NCBI GenBank assembly: GCA_022653675.1
Contig: JALCST010000008.1
Span: forward strand, 18,234 to 82,233
Length of the DNA stretch: 64,000 nt
Origin: Bacteroidales bacterium
GTDB lineage: Bacteria; Bacteroidota; Bacteroidia; Bacteroidales; UBA932
Direction of reading: 5' to 3'
Positions 19,185-29,570 of this stretch are shown one piece after another. Made by a program: the position numbers and the translations under genes. Within the stretch, counting starts at the first letter, position 1. Each line of letters begins with the position of its first letter. The notes beneath the pieces are model-generated. The model was given only the letters and a program-made list of their open reading frames with translations. It made no database searches and had not been told where the DNA came from.

Positions 19185-20270
19185 ATGAAAGGACCTCTGA
19201 AATCGACTCTCGAAGAGATGAAGGGAATTCCCCAACCACCTATGGTAAATCCCTATGGGAATTCCTCAGCAAAGATTGCTCCCAGGCTCACCGCCGAAGA
19301 ATATGTGGAAGGAATATTTGCTGGAGAACGCCCGATCGTGAGCAGAGCCATAACTCTCATAGAAAGTTCTCTGTCTTCCGACAGGAATACGGCGGGAAAA
19401 ATCGTCAAGGCTTGCCGCGCTAAAACCGCAGGTATGAATACGATGCGAATAGGCATTACCGGAGTACCCGGAGCTGGCAAAAGCACATTCATCGAATCGT
19501 TCGGAAAATTGGCTATAAAAGCCGGCCACAAGCTGGCGGTCCTTACTGTGGACCCAAGTTCGGAAATAAGCGGCGGAAGCATATTGGGAGACAAAACAAG
19601 GATGGAAACTTTGGCAAATGAAGAGAAGGCTTTCATACGCCCCAGCCCAAGTGCGGGATCCCTGGGCGGTGTGGCCAGGAAGACACGCGAAACCATAGCG
19701 ATCTGCGAGGCGGCCGGTTTCGATACCGTCTTCATAGAGACAGTCGGAGTAGGACAATCTGAAACCGCCGTCCACTCGATGAGCGATTTCTTTCTGCTTT
19801 TGCTTCTTTCTGGAGCCGGAGACGAACTCCAGGGCATAAAACGCGGAATCATAGAAATGGCGGATCTAATAACAGTTAACAAGGCAGATGGAAGCAATAC
19901 GGAAAGAGCTGAATGCTCGAAGAACCTATATGACGGCGCCCTGCATCTCTTTCCCCCTACTCGTTCGGGATGGAAACCGTCGTGCGTCACATCCTCTGCG
20001 TTGACCGGAGCCGGACTCGAAGACATATGGAAAATGATCCTCAATTATTTCTCACTTGTCATGGGGAACGGATATTATCTGCGAAACAGGAGGGAACAAG
20101 ATCGCTACTGGATGCACGAAAGCATAAACGAATCCCTGAAAAGCAGCTTTTACGGCAACCCTGAAATAGCGGCCGAGCTTCCCGAAATAGAAAAGGAGGT
20201 CCTTAATGGAAACAAAGACTCTTTCGAAGCGGCGGAAGAACTATTAACGGCGTATAACAAAAAACTTTAA
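19185..20270 (+). CDS. meaB: G3E-family GTPase MeaB/ArgK (methylmalonyl-CoA mutase-associated type)
   Basis: GITGVPGAGKSTFIE Walker A, DPSSEISGGSILGDKTRM, ETVGVGQSE and NKADG. Confidence 0.85.
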   Translation: MKGPLKSTLEEMKGIPQPPMVNPYGNSSAKIAPRLTAEEYVEGIFAGERPIVSRAITLIESSLSSDRNTAGKIVKACRAKTAGMNTMRIGITGVPGAGKSTFIESFGKLAIKAGHKLAVLTVDPSSEISGGSILGDKTRMETLANEEKAFIRPSPSAGSLGGVARKTRETIAICEAAGFDTVFIETVGVGQSETAVHSMSDFFLLLLLSGAGDELQGIKRGIIEMADLITVNKADGSNTERAECSKNLYDGALHLFPPTRSGWKPSCVTSSALTGAGLEDIWKMILNYFSLVMGNGYYLRNRREQDRYWMHESINESLKSSFYGNPEIAAELPEIEKEVLNGNKDSFEAAEELLTAYNKKL

Positions 20271-20287
20271 CCTGAAAATTCCGGCAA

Positions 20288-21151
20288 ATGACATTCACCG
20301 TTTTTTGGAAAATTTTCTTAGGCGCGCTTAAGGAAGGTTTACTGATCACGATGTTCGTGACAGTAATAATGAGTCTTATAGAACTGATCAACGTACTGTC
20401 GGGAGGCAAATGGTTCGAACGCCATTTGAATGGCAGGGGAGCAGGCCAAATGGCAGTAGGATCCCTGCTCGGCATAATACCGGGTTGCTTCGGCGGATTT
20501 GCCGCCGTATCCCTCTACGCCAGGCGACTGCTTAGTTTCGGAGCATTGGTGGCGGCATTCTCAGCTTCATGCGGCGATGCGGCATTCGTAATGTTGGCCA
20601 GGAACCCGAGACAGGCTTTATTCGTTTTCGCGCTGCTGCTGCCCATTTCTTTCCTCACCGGTTTGCTAACGGATGCTATTTTCAAAAGGAATCCTAATCA
20701 CAAGGGAGCCGAAAAGCTCGTTTTACATCACGAAGACACGGAAAAAAACGGAAAAATAGGGAAACATTTTTTCAAGGAACATATCTGGGAACACGTGATA
20801 AAGAAACATGCCTTCGGGATATTCTTCTGGTGTTTCGGAGCACTGCTTGCCCTTGGAATCGCAGAACAGTTCTTCGACATAGGAAGCATACTGAACAAGT
20901 ATCCAGCATTGACTTTGCTTTTCGCCGTACTTATCGGCATAATTCCTGACTCGGGACCGCAAATCGCGATAGCAACCATGTTTTCACAGGGGCTCATTCC
21001 ATTCAGCGTACTGCTGGCCAACAACATAGTACAGGACGGACACACTTCGCTTCCGCTTCTTGTGGAAGAGCCGGGAAGTTTCGTACGTGCCAAATCGATC
21101 AATGCGATAATCGCATTGGCGATAGGTATGGCGTGGCAATTTATCTTTTAG
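20288..21151 (+). CDS. Polytopic membrane protein, possibly ArsP_2 / putative metal (Mn) transporter family
   Basis: About 8-10 hydrophobic segments in two halves, with IPGCFGG and IPDSGPQ motifs separated by a His/Lys-rich loop (HHEDTEKNGKIGKHFFKEHIWEH). The family call is from memory of similar putative manganese transporter annotations. Confidence 0.55.
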   Translation: MTFTVFWKIFLGALKEGLLITMFVTVIMSLIELINVLSGGKWFERHLNGRGAGQMAVGSLLGIIPGCFGGFAAVSLYARRLLSFGALVAAFSASCGDAAFVMLARNPRQALFVFALLLPISFLTGLLTDAIFKRNPNHKGAEKLVLHHEDTEKNGKIGKHFFKEHIWEHVIKKHAFGIFFWCFGALLALGIAEQFFDIGSILNKYPALTLLFAVLIGIIPDSGPQIAIATMFSQGLIPFSVLLANNIVQDGHTSLPLLVEEPGSFVRAKSINAIIALAIGMAWQFIF

Positions 21152-21804
21152 AATTCAGCTATCACGGAGAGTTGCCCCTTGACCTTATCCCCTACCTTGC
21201 ATCTTATCTTCGTGCCACAAGGAAGAAAGACATCTATGCGTGAACCGAATTTGATGAAACCCGCTTCCTCCCCCTGCTTGAAGTTCTCTCCCTCGCTGCA
21301 GTAGCATACTATCCTGCGGGCAATGATTCCGGCGATCTGTCGAAACATGACTTCATCGCCTTTTTCCGTAAGCATAACAGTAGTTGTATGTTCGTTCTTG
21401 TCCGAAGACTTGGGAAGCCAGGCGAAAAGATACCTGCCAGGATAATACTTGTAATAAACGCATTTCCCGCTTACCGGAAACCAAGTTATGTGCACATTGA
21501 ACAAATTGAGGTAAATGGATATCCTCGTCCTTTTCCCGCAATAATATTCGGGATCCTCCACATCGGTTATCTCCACCACCTTTCCATCGGTAGGGGAGAC
21601 CACGAGTGATCCATCCAATACAGGTTGCCTGCGAGGAACACGGAAAAAAAGGAAAAAAACCGATATCATCACAAAACAAACAAATACGACTGTCCACTTG
21701 ATAGCAGTATTCTGGCAAAAGATGATGAACAGAACCGCTATGGATGCGAAAATAATCGTATTCAGAATCAAAAGAAATCTGCCTTCCCTGTGAATCAAAG
21801 CCAT
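21148..21804 (-). CDS. psd: Phosphatidylserine decarboxylase proenzyme (short, membrane-anchored type)
   Basis: N-terminal TM segments and a C-terminal self-cleavage region, GFIKFGSRIDVFLP. The ORF-track start at 21810 is TTG. ATG 21804 lies 2 nt after the cdsA stop. Confidence 0.85.
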   Translation of the reverse strand: MALIHREGRFLLILNTIIFASIAVLFIIFCQNTAIKWTVVFVCFVMISVFFLFFRVPRRQPVLDGSLVVSPTDGKVVEITDVEDPEYYCGKRTRISIYLNLFNVHITWFPVSGKCVYYKYYPGRYLFAWLPKSSDKNEHTTTVMLTEKGDEVMFRQIAGIIARRIVCYCSEGENFKQGEEAGFIKFGSRIDVFLPCGTKIRCKVGDKVKGQLSVIAEF

Positions 21805-21806
21805 AA

Positions 21807-22682
21807 TCAAACGAGTTGAAATAGTTTAAAAAAAACCACTGCGGCGGGTAAGACGAACAGAAGACTGTCGAAACGGTCAAGCAGCCCACCATGCCCAGGC
21901 ATTATGGTACCGGCATCCTTCACTCCGTAATGCCTCTTGACCTGGGATTCCACCAAATCCCCGAAATCGGCGAATACCACTGCAATAACGGCAATAGCCG
22001 CACAGTACCACCAACCAAACGGAAAAATATGGAATATGCGGATCAGTACCGCCGCTACGGCCGTAAATAACACACCTCCCCAAACACCTTCCCAAGATTT
22101 CTTTGGAGAAACGGAAGGAAAAAGCTTGTGTCCCGGATTCTGTCCGAAAAGCATCCCGAAGACATATGCACCACAATCGTTAGCCCATACCAGGAACATC
22201 GTACTCAGGATAACCTTTCCACTGTAATTCCCATGCACATCGAAGACAAGCAGGTTGGCCAGCGTCAATGGAAGCCCTATGTATATCATTGCAGTGAACA
22301 GGTTGGCACCTTTCGTATAACTTTCCGTGCTGTTGTTAAGATAAAGCATCGCAATGAATTCAGCCAGGATGGGAATGACAGGAAGAAGGATGTACCTGCG
22401 AGGCAAACCGAACCCCAAAGAAAAGTAAGTAAGTAAAAAAGCGGAAACGGAAACAGTCACGGAAAGCCATTTCTGAAGCCTTTCTCCTTTACCGATGGTC
22501 ATGGCCAGATATTCGTTCATCGTTATAATGATTACTGCGACCATAACTACGGGGAAAGCATACTTGCAGAGAGAGCAGGCTATCATCAACGCCATGAATA
22601 CGAAACCGCTCATGCTCCTGACAGTAACAGCCTTCCTTGCCTCACGGCCGAACATTAACTCTTCCCTGGGTTTAGGATCCAT
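21807..22682 (-). CDS. cdsA: Phosphatidate cytidylyltransferase
   Basis: SPKKSWEG and GHGGLLDRFDS signature. Confidence 0.92.
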   Translation of the reverse strand: MDPKPREELMFGREARKAVTVRSMSGFVFMALMIACSLCKYAFPVVMVAVIIITMNEYLAMTIGKGERLQKWLSVTVSVSAFLLTYFSLGFGLPRRYILLPVIPILAEFIAMLYLNNSTESYTKGANLFTAMIYIGLPLTLANLLVFDVHGNYSGKVILSTMFLVWANDCGAYVFGMLFGQNPGHKLFPSVSPKKSWEGVWGGVLFTAVAAVLIRIFHIFPFGWWYCAAIAVIAVVFADFGDLVESQVKRHYGVKDAGTIMPGHGGLLDRFDSLLFVLPAAVVFFKLFQLV

Positions 22683-22683
22683 C

Positions 22684-24732
22684 TCAAACTTTCTTAGAAA
22701 ACGCCAAAGTCGTGGAAACAGGATTATCAGGATTGTTATCGGGGTTTACGCTTATCGGATTGACCGCTTCTTCTCTACGTCTGCCGAAGATTCTCTCCAA
22801 ATCGTCCGAATAGATGACTTCCTTTACCAAAAGTAACTGGGCAAGCTGCTCGAACCCTTCGCGGTTTTCCCGAAGCACCTTCTGTGCCGTCATGTGCGCC
22901 TTGTCGATAAGCTTCTTGACTTCGTAATCTATCAATTCCGCCGTCTTTTCGCTGAAAGGCTTCTGGAACTGGTAATCCGGCTGACCAGTGGAATCATAGA
23001 ACGATACGTTGCCTACTTCGTCGCTCATACCATAATAAGCAACCATGGCGTATGCCTGTTTAGTCAGTTTTTCGAGATCGTTCAGAGCTCCGGTAGAAAC
23101 CCTCCCGTTCACGAGCTCTTCGGCGACGCGCCCGCCTATTGTAGCCGCCATTTCATCCATCAGCTGTTCCTTAGTGGTCAACTGTCGTTCTTCAGGAAGA
23201 TACCACGCAGCACCAAGAGATTGCCCGCGAGGGATTATTGTCACCTTAAGCAGGGGATTAGCATTCGGCAGTATCCAGCTTACCGTAGCATGTCCTGCTT
23301 CATGGTAGGCAATGGTCATCTTTTCTTCAGGGGTTATGACCTTGCTTCTATGCTCCAGCCCCCCTACTATCCTGTCTATGGCATCCATGAAATCCTGGCG
23401 CTCTATCTTGCTCTTGTTCTTTCTTGCAGCTATCAAAGCAGCCTCATTGCATATGTTTGCTATGTCGGCACCGGAAAATCCCGGTGTCTGCCGGGCGAGG
23501 AAATGGACATCGATATCCTTCGACAGTTCAAGGCCTTTCATGTGCACCTTGAATATTTCGTATCGTTCGTTGAGCTCCGGGAGTTCCACATTGATTTGCC
23601 TGTCGAAGCGTCCCGCCCTCAGCAAAGCTTTGTCGAGAATGTCAGCGCGGTTGGTAGCCGCAAGTATTATGACCCCCGAATTTGACCCGAAACCATCCAT
23701 TTCGGTCAAAAGTTGGTTCAGGGTATTTTCACGCTCATCATTGGAAGAAAATCCACCGTTTTTACTTCGTGCACGCCCAACGGCATCAATCTCATCTATG
23801 AAGACTATGCACGGGGCCTTCTCCTTGGCCTGGCGGAACAGGTCGCGGACCCTCGAAGCTCCCACACCTACGAACATCTCGACAAAATCCGAACCCGAAA
23901 TAGAAAAGAACGGAACATTGGCTTCGCCGGCCACAGCCTTAGCCAGTAATGTTTTACCTGTTCCCGGAGGGCCGACGAGCAAGGCCCCTTTCGGAATTTT
24001 GCCTCCGAGTGCAGTATATTTCTTCGGATTCTTAAGGAAGTCCACTATCTCCATAACCTCCACCTTCGCCTCCTGCAAACCGGCGACATCCTTGAACGTC
24101 ACCTTCACATTGTTGGTCTTTTCATACAATTGTGCCTGGGACTTTCCCACATTGAAAATACCACCACCTCCAGCGCCGCCACCGTTTCCGAGGTTCCGGA
24201 TAGGACGGAACATAAGCAACCACGTAAGTATTATCATGAGCGGCCATATGATCCAGTCGAGCGCTTTCAGCCAACGATTCGTCTTGTCAACTATCACAAC
24301 CTTGAAACGGGCGGCATCGGGGAAATTGTCCTGAACGTCTATCAACTCCTTCTCAACATCGAAAGTGTTTGAGACCAAAAAAAAGAATTGCGTGGATCCC
24401 TTCGGGGCCTCGCCTCCGAATAAATTGGCGTACTTGGAAAGAGAATCCTGTCGTATTGAAAGTTCCCCCCGGTTCTGGTTCCTTATGAATGTGATCTTTT
24501 CCACATCTCCGGAAGCTATCTGGATCCTTACATCGCTCCATTCCTCCTTAACGGGATTGGTATTGGAAGATGCCGACCACCACATGTAAGCTATTGCGGC
24601 AAACAAAATAAACCAGATAAGCATTACACTTATCCTCTGTCCGGTAGGCATCTTCCCTCCATTCGACATGTTGCCGCCTGGTTTTCCGGAACCGTTTCTG
24701 TTCCTGTTCCTGTTGTTATTGTTCGTCTCCAT
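22684..24732 (-). CDS. ftsH: ATP-dependent zinc metalloprotease FtsH
   Basis: [31 protein letters not shown] region [20 protein letters not shown] and HEAGH zinc site. Confidence 0.97.
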   Translation of the reverse strand: METNNNNRNRNRNGSGKPGGNMSNGGKMPTGQRISVMLIWFILFAAIAYMWWSASSNTNPVKEEWSDVRIQIASGDVEKITFIRNQNRGELSIRQDSLSKYANLFGGEAPKGSTQFFFLVSNTFDVEKELIDVQDNFPDAARFKVVIVDKTNRWLKALDWIIWPLMIILTWLLMFRPIRNLGNGGGAGGGGIFNVGKSQAQLYEKTNNVKVTFKDVAGLQEAKVEVMEIVDFLKNPKKYTALGGKIPKGALLVGPPGTGKTLLAKAVAGEANVPFFSISGSDFVEMFVGVGASRVRDLFRQAKEKAPCIVFIDEIDAVGRARSKNGGFSSNDERENTLNQLLTEMDGFGSNSGVIILAATNRADILDKALLRAGRFDRQINVELPELNERYEIFKVHMKGLELSKDIDVHFLARQTPGFSGADIANICNEAALIAARKNKSKIERQDFMDAIDRIVGGLEHRSKVITPEEKMTIAYHEAGHATVSWILPNANPLLKVTIIPRGQSLGAAWYLPEERQLTTKEQLMDEMAATIGGRVAEELVNGRVSTGALNDLEKLTKQAYAMVAYYGMSDEVGNVSFYDSTGQPDYQFQKPFSEKTAELIDYEVKKLIDKAHMTAQKVLRENREGFEQLAQLLLVKEVIYSDDLERIFGRRREEAVNPISVNPDNNPDNPVSTTLAFSKKV

Positions 24733-25081
24733 CGGAGTATGTTTTCTTTTTTGCGTCCGCCCAAAGCTCCTCCAACCGGTAAAAATCGCGGTATTGGGTC
24801 AAAAAGACGTGCACTACAATGTTTGAATAATCGAGAATCACCCAAAAACCGTTTTCACGGCCCTGCTGGCGGGAGACCCTCCGTTCGCACTTTTCCAGCA
24901 TCCTCTCCTCTATATTGTCGCATATGGCCTGCACCTGGGTGGCCGATTCGGCATCGCAAATCACGAAATAATCGCAAATGCACGAACCGGACTTGCGAAG
25001 ATCCAAAGAAACGACTCTCGCCGCCTTCTTGTCAAGCATCGCTCGGGCTACGGTTCTAATTTGATAATTATCACTCCTCAT
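24716..25081 (-). CDS. rsfS: Ribosomal silencing factor RsfS
   Basis: Small DUF143-type protein (CDYFVICDAESATQVQAICDNIEE...WVILDYSNIVVHVF). ATG 25081 was chosen. The 3' end overlaps the ftsH start by 17 nt. Confidence 0.85.
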   Translation of the reverse strand: MRSDNYQIRTVARAMLDKKAARVVSLDLRKSGSCICDYFVICDAESATQVQAICDNIEERMLEKCERRVSRQQGRENGFWVILDYSNIVVHVFLTQYRDFYRLEELWADAKKKTYSDGDEQ

Positions 25082-25087
25082 TTTTAT

Positions 25088-25095
25088 TATATTTG
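25088..25095 (+). promoter_or_regulatory. -7 box TATATTTG upstream of birA
   Basis: Exact TAnnTTTG 61 nt upstream of ATG 25156. Confidence 0.4.
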
Positions 25096-25155
25096 CAAAA
25101 GCAAAGATAAACAAATATCCCGCCATTCTTTATTTGAATCCAAACTGACATAATT

Positions 25156-25926
25156 ATGAAGAAATCTTTCACCGTCAAATGGTTTGACACTCTCGATTCC
25201 ACGAATTCTTACGCAGAACGCGAAATCAAATCCCTCAGGGACAAGGACGTCATAGCAGCCCAGTTCCAGACAGCCGGCAGAGGGCAAATGGGAAACAAAT
25301 GGTCGAGCGACAAGGATGCGAATGCAATGTTCAGCATAATTTTCAAACCGAGGAATTTCCAAGCAATCAAGCAATTCTCCTATCTGGAAGTATGCTCCCT
25401 AGGCATGTGCGACTATCTTTCATGCAAGGGTATAGCTTCAAAGATAAAATGGCCCAACGATATTTACGTTGGGGATTACAAGATAAGCGGGACCCTCATT
25501 TCGACGTTCATAGATAATGACAAAGTGGCAGGCATTATCGTCGGGACAGGGCTTAACTTGAACCAGCGCCATTTCAGCCCCGAATTACCCAATCCCATTT
25601 CCCTGTCCCTGCTCACTGGCAAGACCTATGATATCGCCGAAGAGCTGAACCGCATTCTGAAAAGCATAGGCAAATACTGCGACATACTTTCCGGAGAAGA
25701 TGCCACTCCAGAAGCCAGTTCAGCGTCAAGGGAAGAAAAGATCAAATGGGAATACATCGGACGGCTTTACAGGCTGGGAGAAGTACGCTCTTACACCGAA
25801 ACCTCCACTGGAAATACCGTACAGGGAAACATCCTGGGAGTAAATACTCCGGGTCAACTCGTAATCCGCCTTACTGACGGCTCCTTACGTTCATACTCCT
25901 TCAAGGAGATAAAATACCTCCTATAG
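25156..25926 (+). CDS. birA: Biotin--[acetyl-CoA-carboxylase] ligase (group I, no HTH domain)
   Basis: QTAGRGQMGNKWSS and KIKWPNDIY motifs. Confidence 0.88.
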   Translation: MKKSFTVKWFDTLDSTNSYAEREIKSLRDKDVIAAQFQTAGRGQMGNKWSSDKDANAMFSIIFKPRNFQAIKQFSYLEVCSLGMCDYLSCKGIASKIKWPNDIYVGDYKISGTLISTFIDNDKVAGIIVGTGLNLNQRHFSPELPNPISLSLLTGKTYDIAEELNRILKSIGKYCDILSGEDATPEASSASREEKIKWEYIGRLYRLGEVRSYTETSTGNTVQGNILGVNTPGQLVIRLTDGSLRSYSFKEIKYLL

Positions 25927-25942
25927 CCTCTTATCTTATTCG

Positions 25943-26593
25943 CTATTTACCCCGCTTGAGCAGGCGTATCGCCTCTACTGGATCTTCGGCCGAGAAAACG
26001 GCGCTCCCCGCCACAAGTATGTCCACGCCGGCGTCGATAAGGGAATCCCGGTTAGCTAAGCTAACCCCTCCGTCAACCTCTATCCTGGCGTTTGAACCGC
26101 ATCCTGAGAGCATTTTCTTCAAGCGCACCGCTTTCTCCAAAGAATGTTCAATGAAGGACTGCCCTCCGAATCCAGGATTCACAGACATCATGAGGATCAG
26201 GTCGCAGCAGCCGGCAATATCTTCCAGCACCGATACCGGTGTGGAAGGATTGACGGCGACTCCGGCGAGCATTCCGCGCGAATGTATGGCCTGAATAGTC
26301 CGGTGAAGATGCACACATGCCTCATAGTGGACAGTCAATATCCTTACGCCCAAGTCTGCCATGCGGTCCACCCAATTCTCTGGTTTGACTATCATCAGAT
26401 GGACATCAAGAGGCTTCCGGGCATAAGACGCCACCGATTTGATGACGGGTATGCCAAAGGATATGTTCGGGACGAAAATCCCGTCCATTATATCTAGGTG
26501 TATATAACTGCATTCGGAACTGTTAAGCATCCCGACATCGCGCCTGAGATTTCCAAAATCTGCAGAGAGAAGTGATGGAGACACTTCAGCCAT
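25943..26593 (-). CDS. rpe: Ribulose-phosphate 3-epimerase
   Basis: SLLSADFGNL, HLDIMDG, MSVNPGFGGQ. The ORF-track start at 26608 is TTG. ATG 26593 lies 1 nt after the pepD stop. Confidence 0.93.
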   Translation of the reverse strand: MAEVSPSLLSADFGNLRRDVGMLNSSECSYIHLDIMDGIFVPNISFGIPVIKSVASYARKPLDVHLMIVKPENWVDRMADLGVRILTVHYEACVHLHRTIQAIHSRGMLAGVAVNPSTPVSVLEDIAGCCDLILMMSVNPGFGGQSFIEHSLEKAVRLKKMLSGCGSNARIEVDGGVSLANRDSLIDAGVDILVAGSAVFSAEDPVEAIRLLKRGK

Positions 26594-26594
26594 A

Positions 26595-28028
26595 TCACGC
26601 GTGTTCAAGTATGTCTACAAGCAACGCCCAAAACTTGTCCAAAGACGCAAGTTCGAGTTTCTCACCCGGAGCATGAACCCCGCGAAGCGTTGGGCCAAAG
26701 GAAATCATGTCGAGCTTAGGATATTTCTCGGTAAAAAGGCCGCATTCGAGTCCTGCATGAATAGTCAGCACCTCAGGCGGTTTGTTGAAAAGCCTTTTGT
26801 ATGATGCCACCGCTTTTTTCAGTATTTCCGAATCGGTCCTTGGTTCCCATCCCGGATAACCGTCTGAATGAACGACTTCGGCTCCTGCCAGCTTGAAACA
26901 GGAAGCGACCCTCTGAGCAGCATATCCGATTGAGGAATTGACGTTGCTGCGCTGCATGGTTGCTATTTCTATCTTCTTACCATTATAGTCGGTACGTACG
27001 GATGCGAGATTAGTGGATGTCTCGACCATTCCAGGGACACTGTGGCTCATGGCCAGCACTCCGTGCAAGCAGCCGAGCAAAGAGCTTACGACAGCCTTCG
27101 CCGTATGCGTCTCTACGGCCGACCTGATTCCCGCGGCAGGTTCTGCATAGCCTTCGATGCCTGGGTCGGTAAGCTTGTATTCGTTCTTTATATCTACAAC
27201 CGTAGCATTGAAAAGACCTGTCATCTTTTCCTCCTCGAACTTAGGGAACGCAAGCACCACGCTGGCCTCTCGTGCGAGAGCATTATGACGGTTCCCTCCT
27301 TCGATATCGCAAAGTTCGGCACCGGAATCGAGAGCCTTGTCAGCGAAGCGAGCGATCAGTTGGACCGGATTTGCACGGTCCTTGTTTATATCGTCCCCGC
27401 TGTGACCACCAATACAGCCTCTAAGCCCGAATTTAAAGGTAACGGCGCCGGAAGGAAGTTCCTTGAACGATATAGGGAATGAAGCTACCGTATCGAGTCC
27501 TCCGGCACAGCCGACGAAAATCTGTCCTTCGTCCTCTGAATCGAGATTGAGAAGTATGTCACCGGTGAAAAATCCGGGTTTGATGCCGTTGGCTCCAACC
27601 AAAGCGGTCTCTTCTGATGTAGTGAAAAGGGCTTCTACCTTCCCATGCTTGATGTCCTTGCTGTCAAGAACGGTAAGGGCGGCGGCTATCCCTATCCCGC
27701 AATCGGCTCCAAGAGTCGTCTCCTTCGCAATCATCCAGCCGTCTTCGATCTCATATTTTATAGGATCCTTCGTAAAGTCGTGCTGCACTCCAGCATTCTT
27801 CTCGCACACCATATCCTGATGGGCCTGAAGTACGATAGTCGGGGCCTTTTCCATCCCCTTGGTCGCAGGAGCGGTTATGAGGACATTGCCGACTCCGTCG
27901 GTCTTGCAATCAAGACCCCTTTCGGATGCGAACTTGCGCAGGAATTCCTGCATTTTTTCTTCGTGTCCCGATTCACGCGGCACACGTGTTATTTCCTTAA
28001 AGAAAGAAAGAACCTTTTCTGTACTCAT
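26595..28028 (-). CDS. pepD: Aminoacyl-histidine (Xaa-His) dipeptidase, M20 family
   Basis: FFKEITRVPRESGHEEK...VLQAHQDMVCEK...GADCGIG...SEDEG pattern of PepD. ATG 28028 (MSTEKVLSFF) was chosen. Confidence 0.88.
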   Translation of the reverse strand: MSTEKVLSFFKEITRVPRESGHEEKMQEFLRKFASERGLDCKTDGVGNVLITAPATKGMEKAPTIVLQAHQDMVCEKNAGVQHDFTKDPIKYEIEDGWMIAKETTLGADCGIGIAAALTVLDSKDIKHGKVEALFTTSEETALVGANGIKPGFFTGDILLNLDSEDEGQIFVGCAGGLDTVASFPISFKELPSGAVTFKFGLRGCIGGHSGDDINKDRANPVQLIARFADKALDSGAELCDIEGGNRHNALAREASVVLAFPKFEEEKMTGLFNATVVDIKNEYKLTDPGIEGYAEPAAGIRSAVETHTAKAVVSSLLGCLHGVLAMSHSVPGMVETSTNLASVRTDYNGKKIEIATMQRSNVNSSIGYAAQRVASCFKLAGAEVVHSDGYPGWEPRTDSEILKKAVASYKRLFNKPPEVLTIHAGLECGLFTEKYPKLDMISFGPTLRGVHAPGEKLELASLDKFWALLVDILEHA

Positions 28029-28145
28029 ATTAAGATTGTATTTAAAAATTCGACATAGGAAACCATTGCAATAATCCCGCCACGTCTCTGACACACTTCA
28101 ACCCCATTGAACGGCCTGCACCGAAAAAACGAAGGTCAAGCCAAA

Positions 28146-29570
28146 TTATTCGCCGCAAATTTTCTTCTGCAGGTCGTTTACGTACTGGCGTATGCCTCGG
28201 TCGGTCTCCATCAAGTCCCTGACTGTCTTGATAGCGTGCAACACGGTAGCATGGTCTTTCCCGCCGATCTGTGAACCGATGGAAGAGAGGGAAGAATTCG
28301 TCATCTCGCGAGACAGGTACATGGCAAGCTGTCTAGCCTGCACTATTTCGCGTTTTCTGGATCTGGAATGAAGCAGCTCCGGTACGATGTTGAAATAGCT
28401 GCAAACCGCATTTTGTATTGTATTGACGGTAATTTCACGATTATTTTCCGAAACCAGGCTCTTTACGACGGAATCGGCCAGATCCATCGTTATTTCTTTC
28501 TTCGCAAGGATGGAATTCGCTATAAGGCATCTGTATGCACCTACAAGATCACGTATGTTGTCCTTGATCTTCGAAGCGAGAAAATCTATTATATCCTCGG
28601 GGAGATCTACTCCCTCATGGAAACATTTGGATTTCAGTATAGCCACCCTCGTATCGTATGAAGGAGCCATGAGTTCAGCAGTCAACCCCCATTTGAATCT
28701 AGACAGCAACCTCTCTTCCAACCCCTTCAATTCTACCGGCGCACAGTCCGAAGTAAGGACAAGCTGCTTTCCGGAGTTCTGAAGGTAATTGAAAATGTTG
28801 AAGAACGCGCTCTGCGTACCGGTCTTGGTTGCAAACTCCTGGACATCGTCGATTATCAGGACATCCATCCTCTGATAGAAAAGGAGGAAGTCGTTCATCT
28901 GGTTCTTATTCATGGTGGCGTCGACGAATTGGGTCTGGAAACGGCTCGCACTTACGTAAAGGACCAGTTTATCCGGCATTCTATCCTTAACCCCAACTCC
29001 TATGGCCTGTGCGAGATGTGTCTTGCCCAGCCCTGGCCCACCGTAAATAAAAAGCGGGTTGAAGGTACTTTTCCCCGGATTCTGGACAATGCTGAGACCC
29101 GCAGCCCGCGCAAGGCGGTTGCAATCCCCTTCCACAAAAGTGTCAAAGTTCAACGACGAGTTGAGCTGGGAATCGACATCCATTTTCCGAATGCCTGGAA
29201 TAACATAAGTGTTCTGTATGGGTTTGGACGGATCGAGAGCAGGGTTGATGGAACGGTTGGAAACCTGTATCTGGGAATCCTGGGGTAGAAGCATGGGCTT
29301 CTCCCCGGAAACAACGCGAACCTTATATACCAATTTGGCATCCTTACCGATTTCCCTTCGGATCGCACTTCCGAGGAGGTCGATATAATTGGCTTCTATC
29401 TCTTCCCTAACAAAATCAGATCCGACTTCGATGGTAAGAGTCGCACCTTCGAGCGAAATAGGTTTAATGGGAGCAAACCATGTCTCGAACTGCTGCTTGG
29501 ATACTATCCCTGTCGCTTTGATTATGTTAAGACAATTTTTCCAGACCTGATTATATTTAAGGTTTTCCAT
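28146..29570 (-). CDS. dnaA: Chromosomal replication initiator protein DnaA
   Basis: GGPGLGKTHLAQAIG Walker A, LIIDDVQE, the sensor region, and the C-terminal DNA-binding domain SIGSQIGGKDHATVLHA. The ORF-track start at 29588 is GTG. I use ATG 29570 (MENLKYNQVW). Confidence 0.95.
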   Translation of the reverse strand: MENLKYNQVWKNCLNIIKATGIVSKQQFETWFAPIKPISLEGATLTIEVGSDFVREEIEANYIDLLGSAIRREIGKDAKLVYKVRVVSGEKPMLLPQDSQIQVSNRSINPALDPSKPIQNTYVIPGIRKMDVDSQLNSSLNFDTFVEGDCNRLARAAGLSIVQNPGKSTFNPLFIYGGPGLGKTHLAQAIGVGVKDRMPDKLVLYVSASRFQTQFVDATMNKNQMNDFLLFYQRMDVLIIDDVQEFATKTGTQSAFFNIFNYLQNSGKQLVLTSDCAPVELKGLEERLLSRFKWGLTAELMAPSYDTRVAILKSKCFHEGVDLPEDIIDFLASKIKDNIRDLVGAYRCLIANSILAKKEITMDLADSVVKSLVSENNREITVNTIQNAVCSYFNIVPELLHSRSRKREIVQARQLAMYLSREMTNSSLSSIGSQIGGKDHATVLHAIKTVRDLMETDRGIRQYVNDLQKKICGE

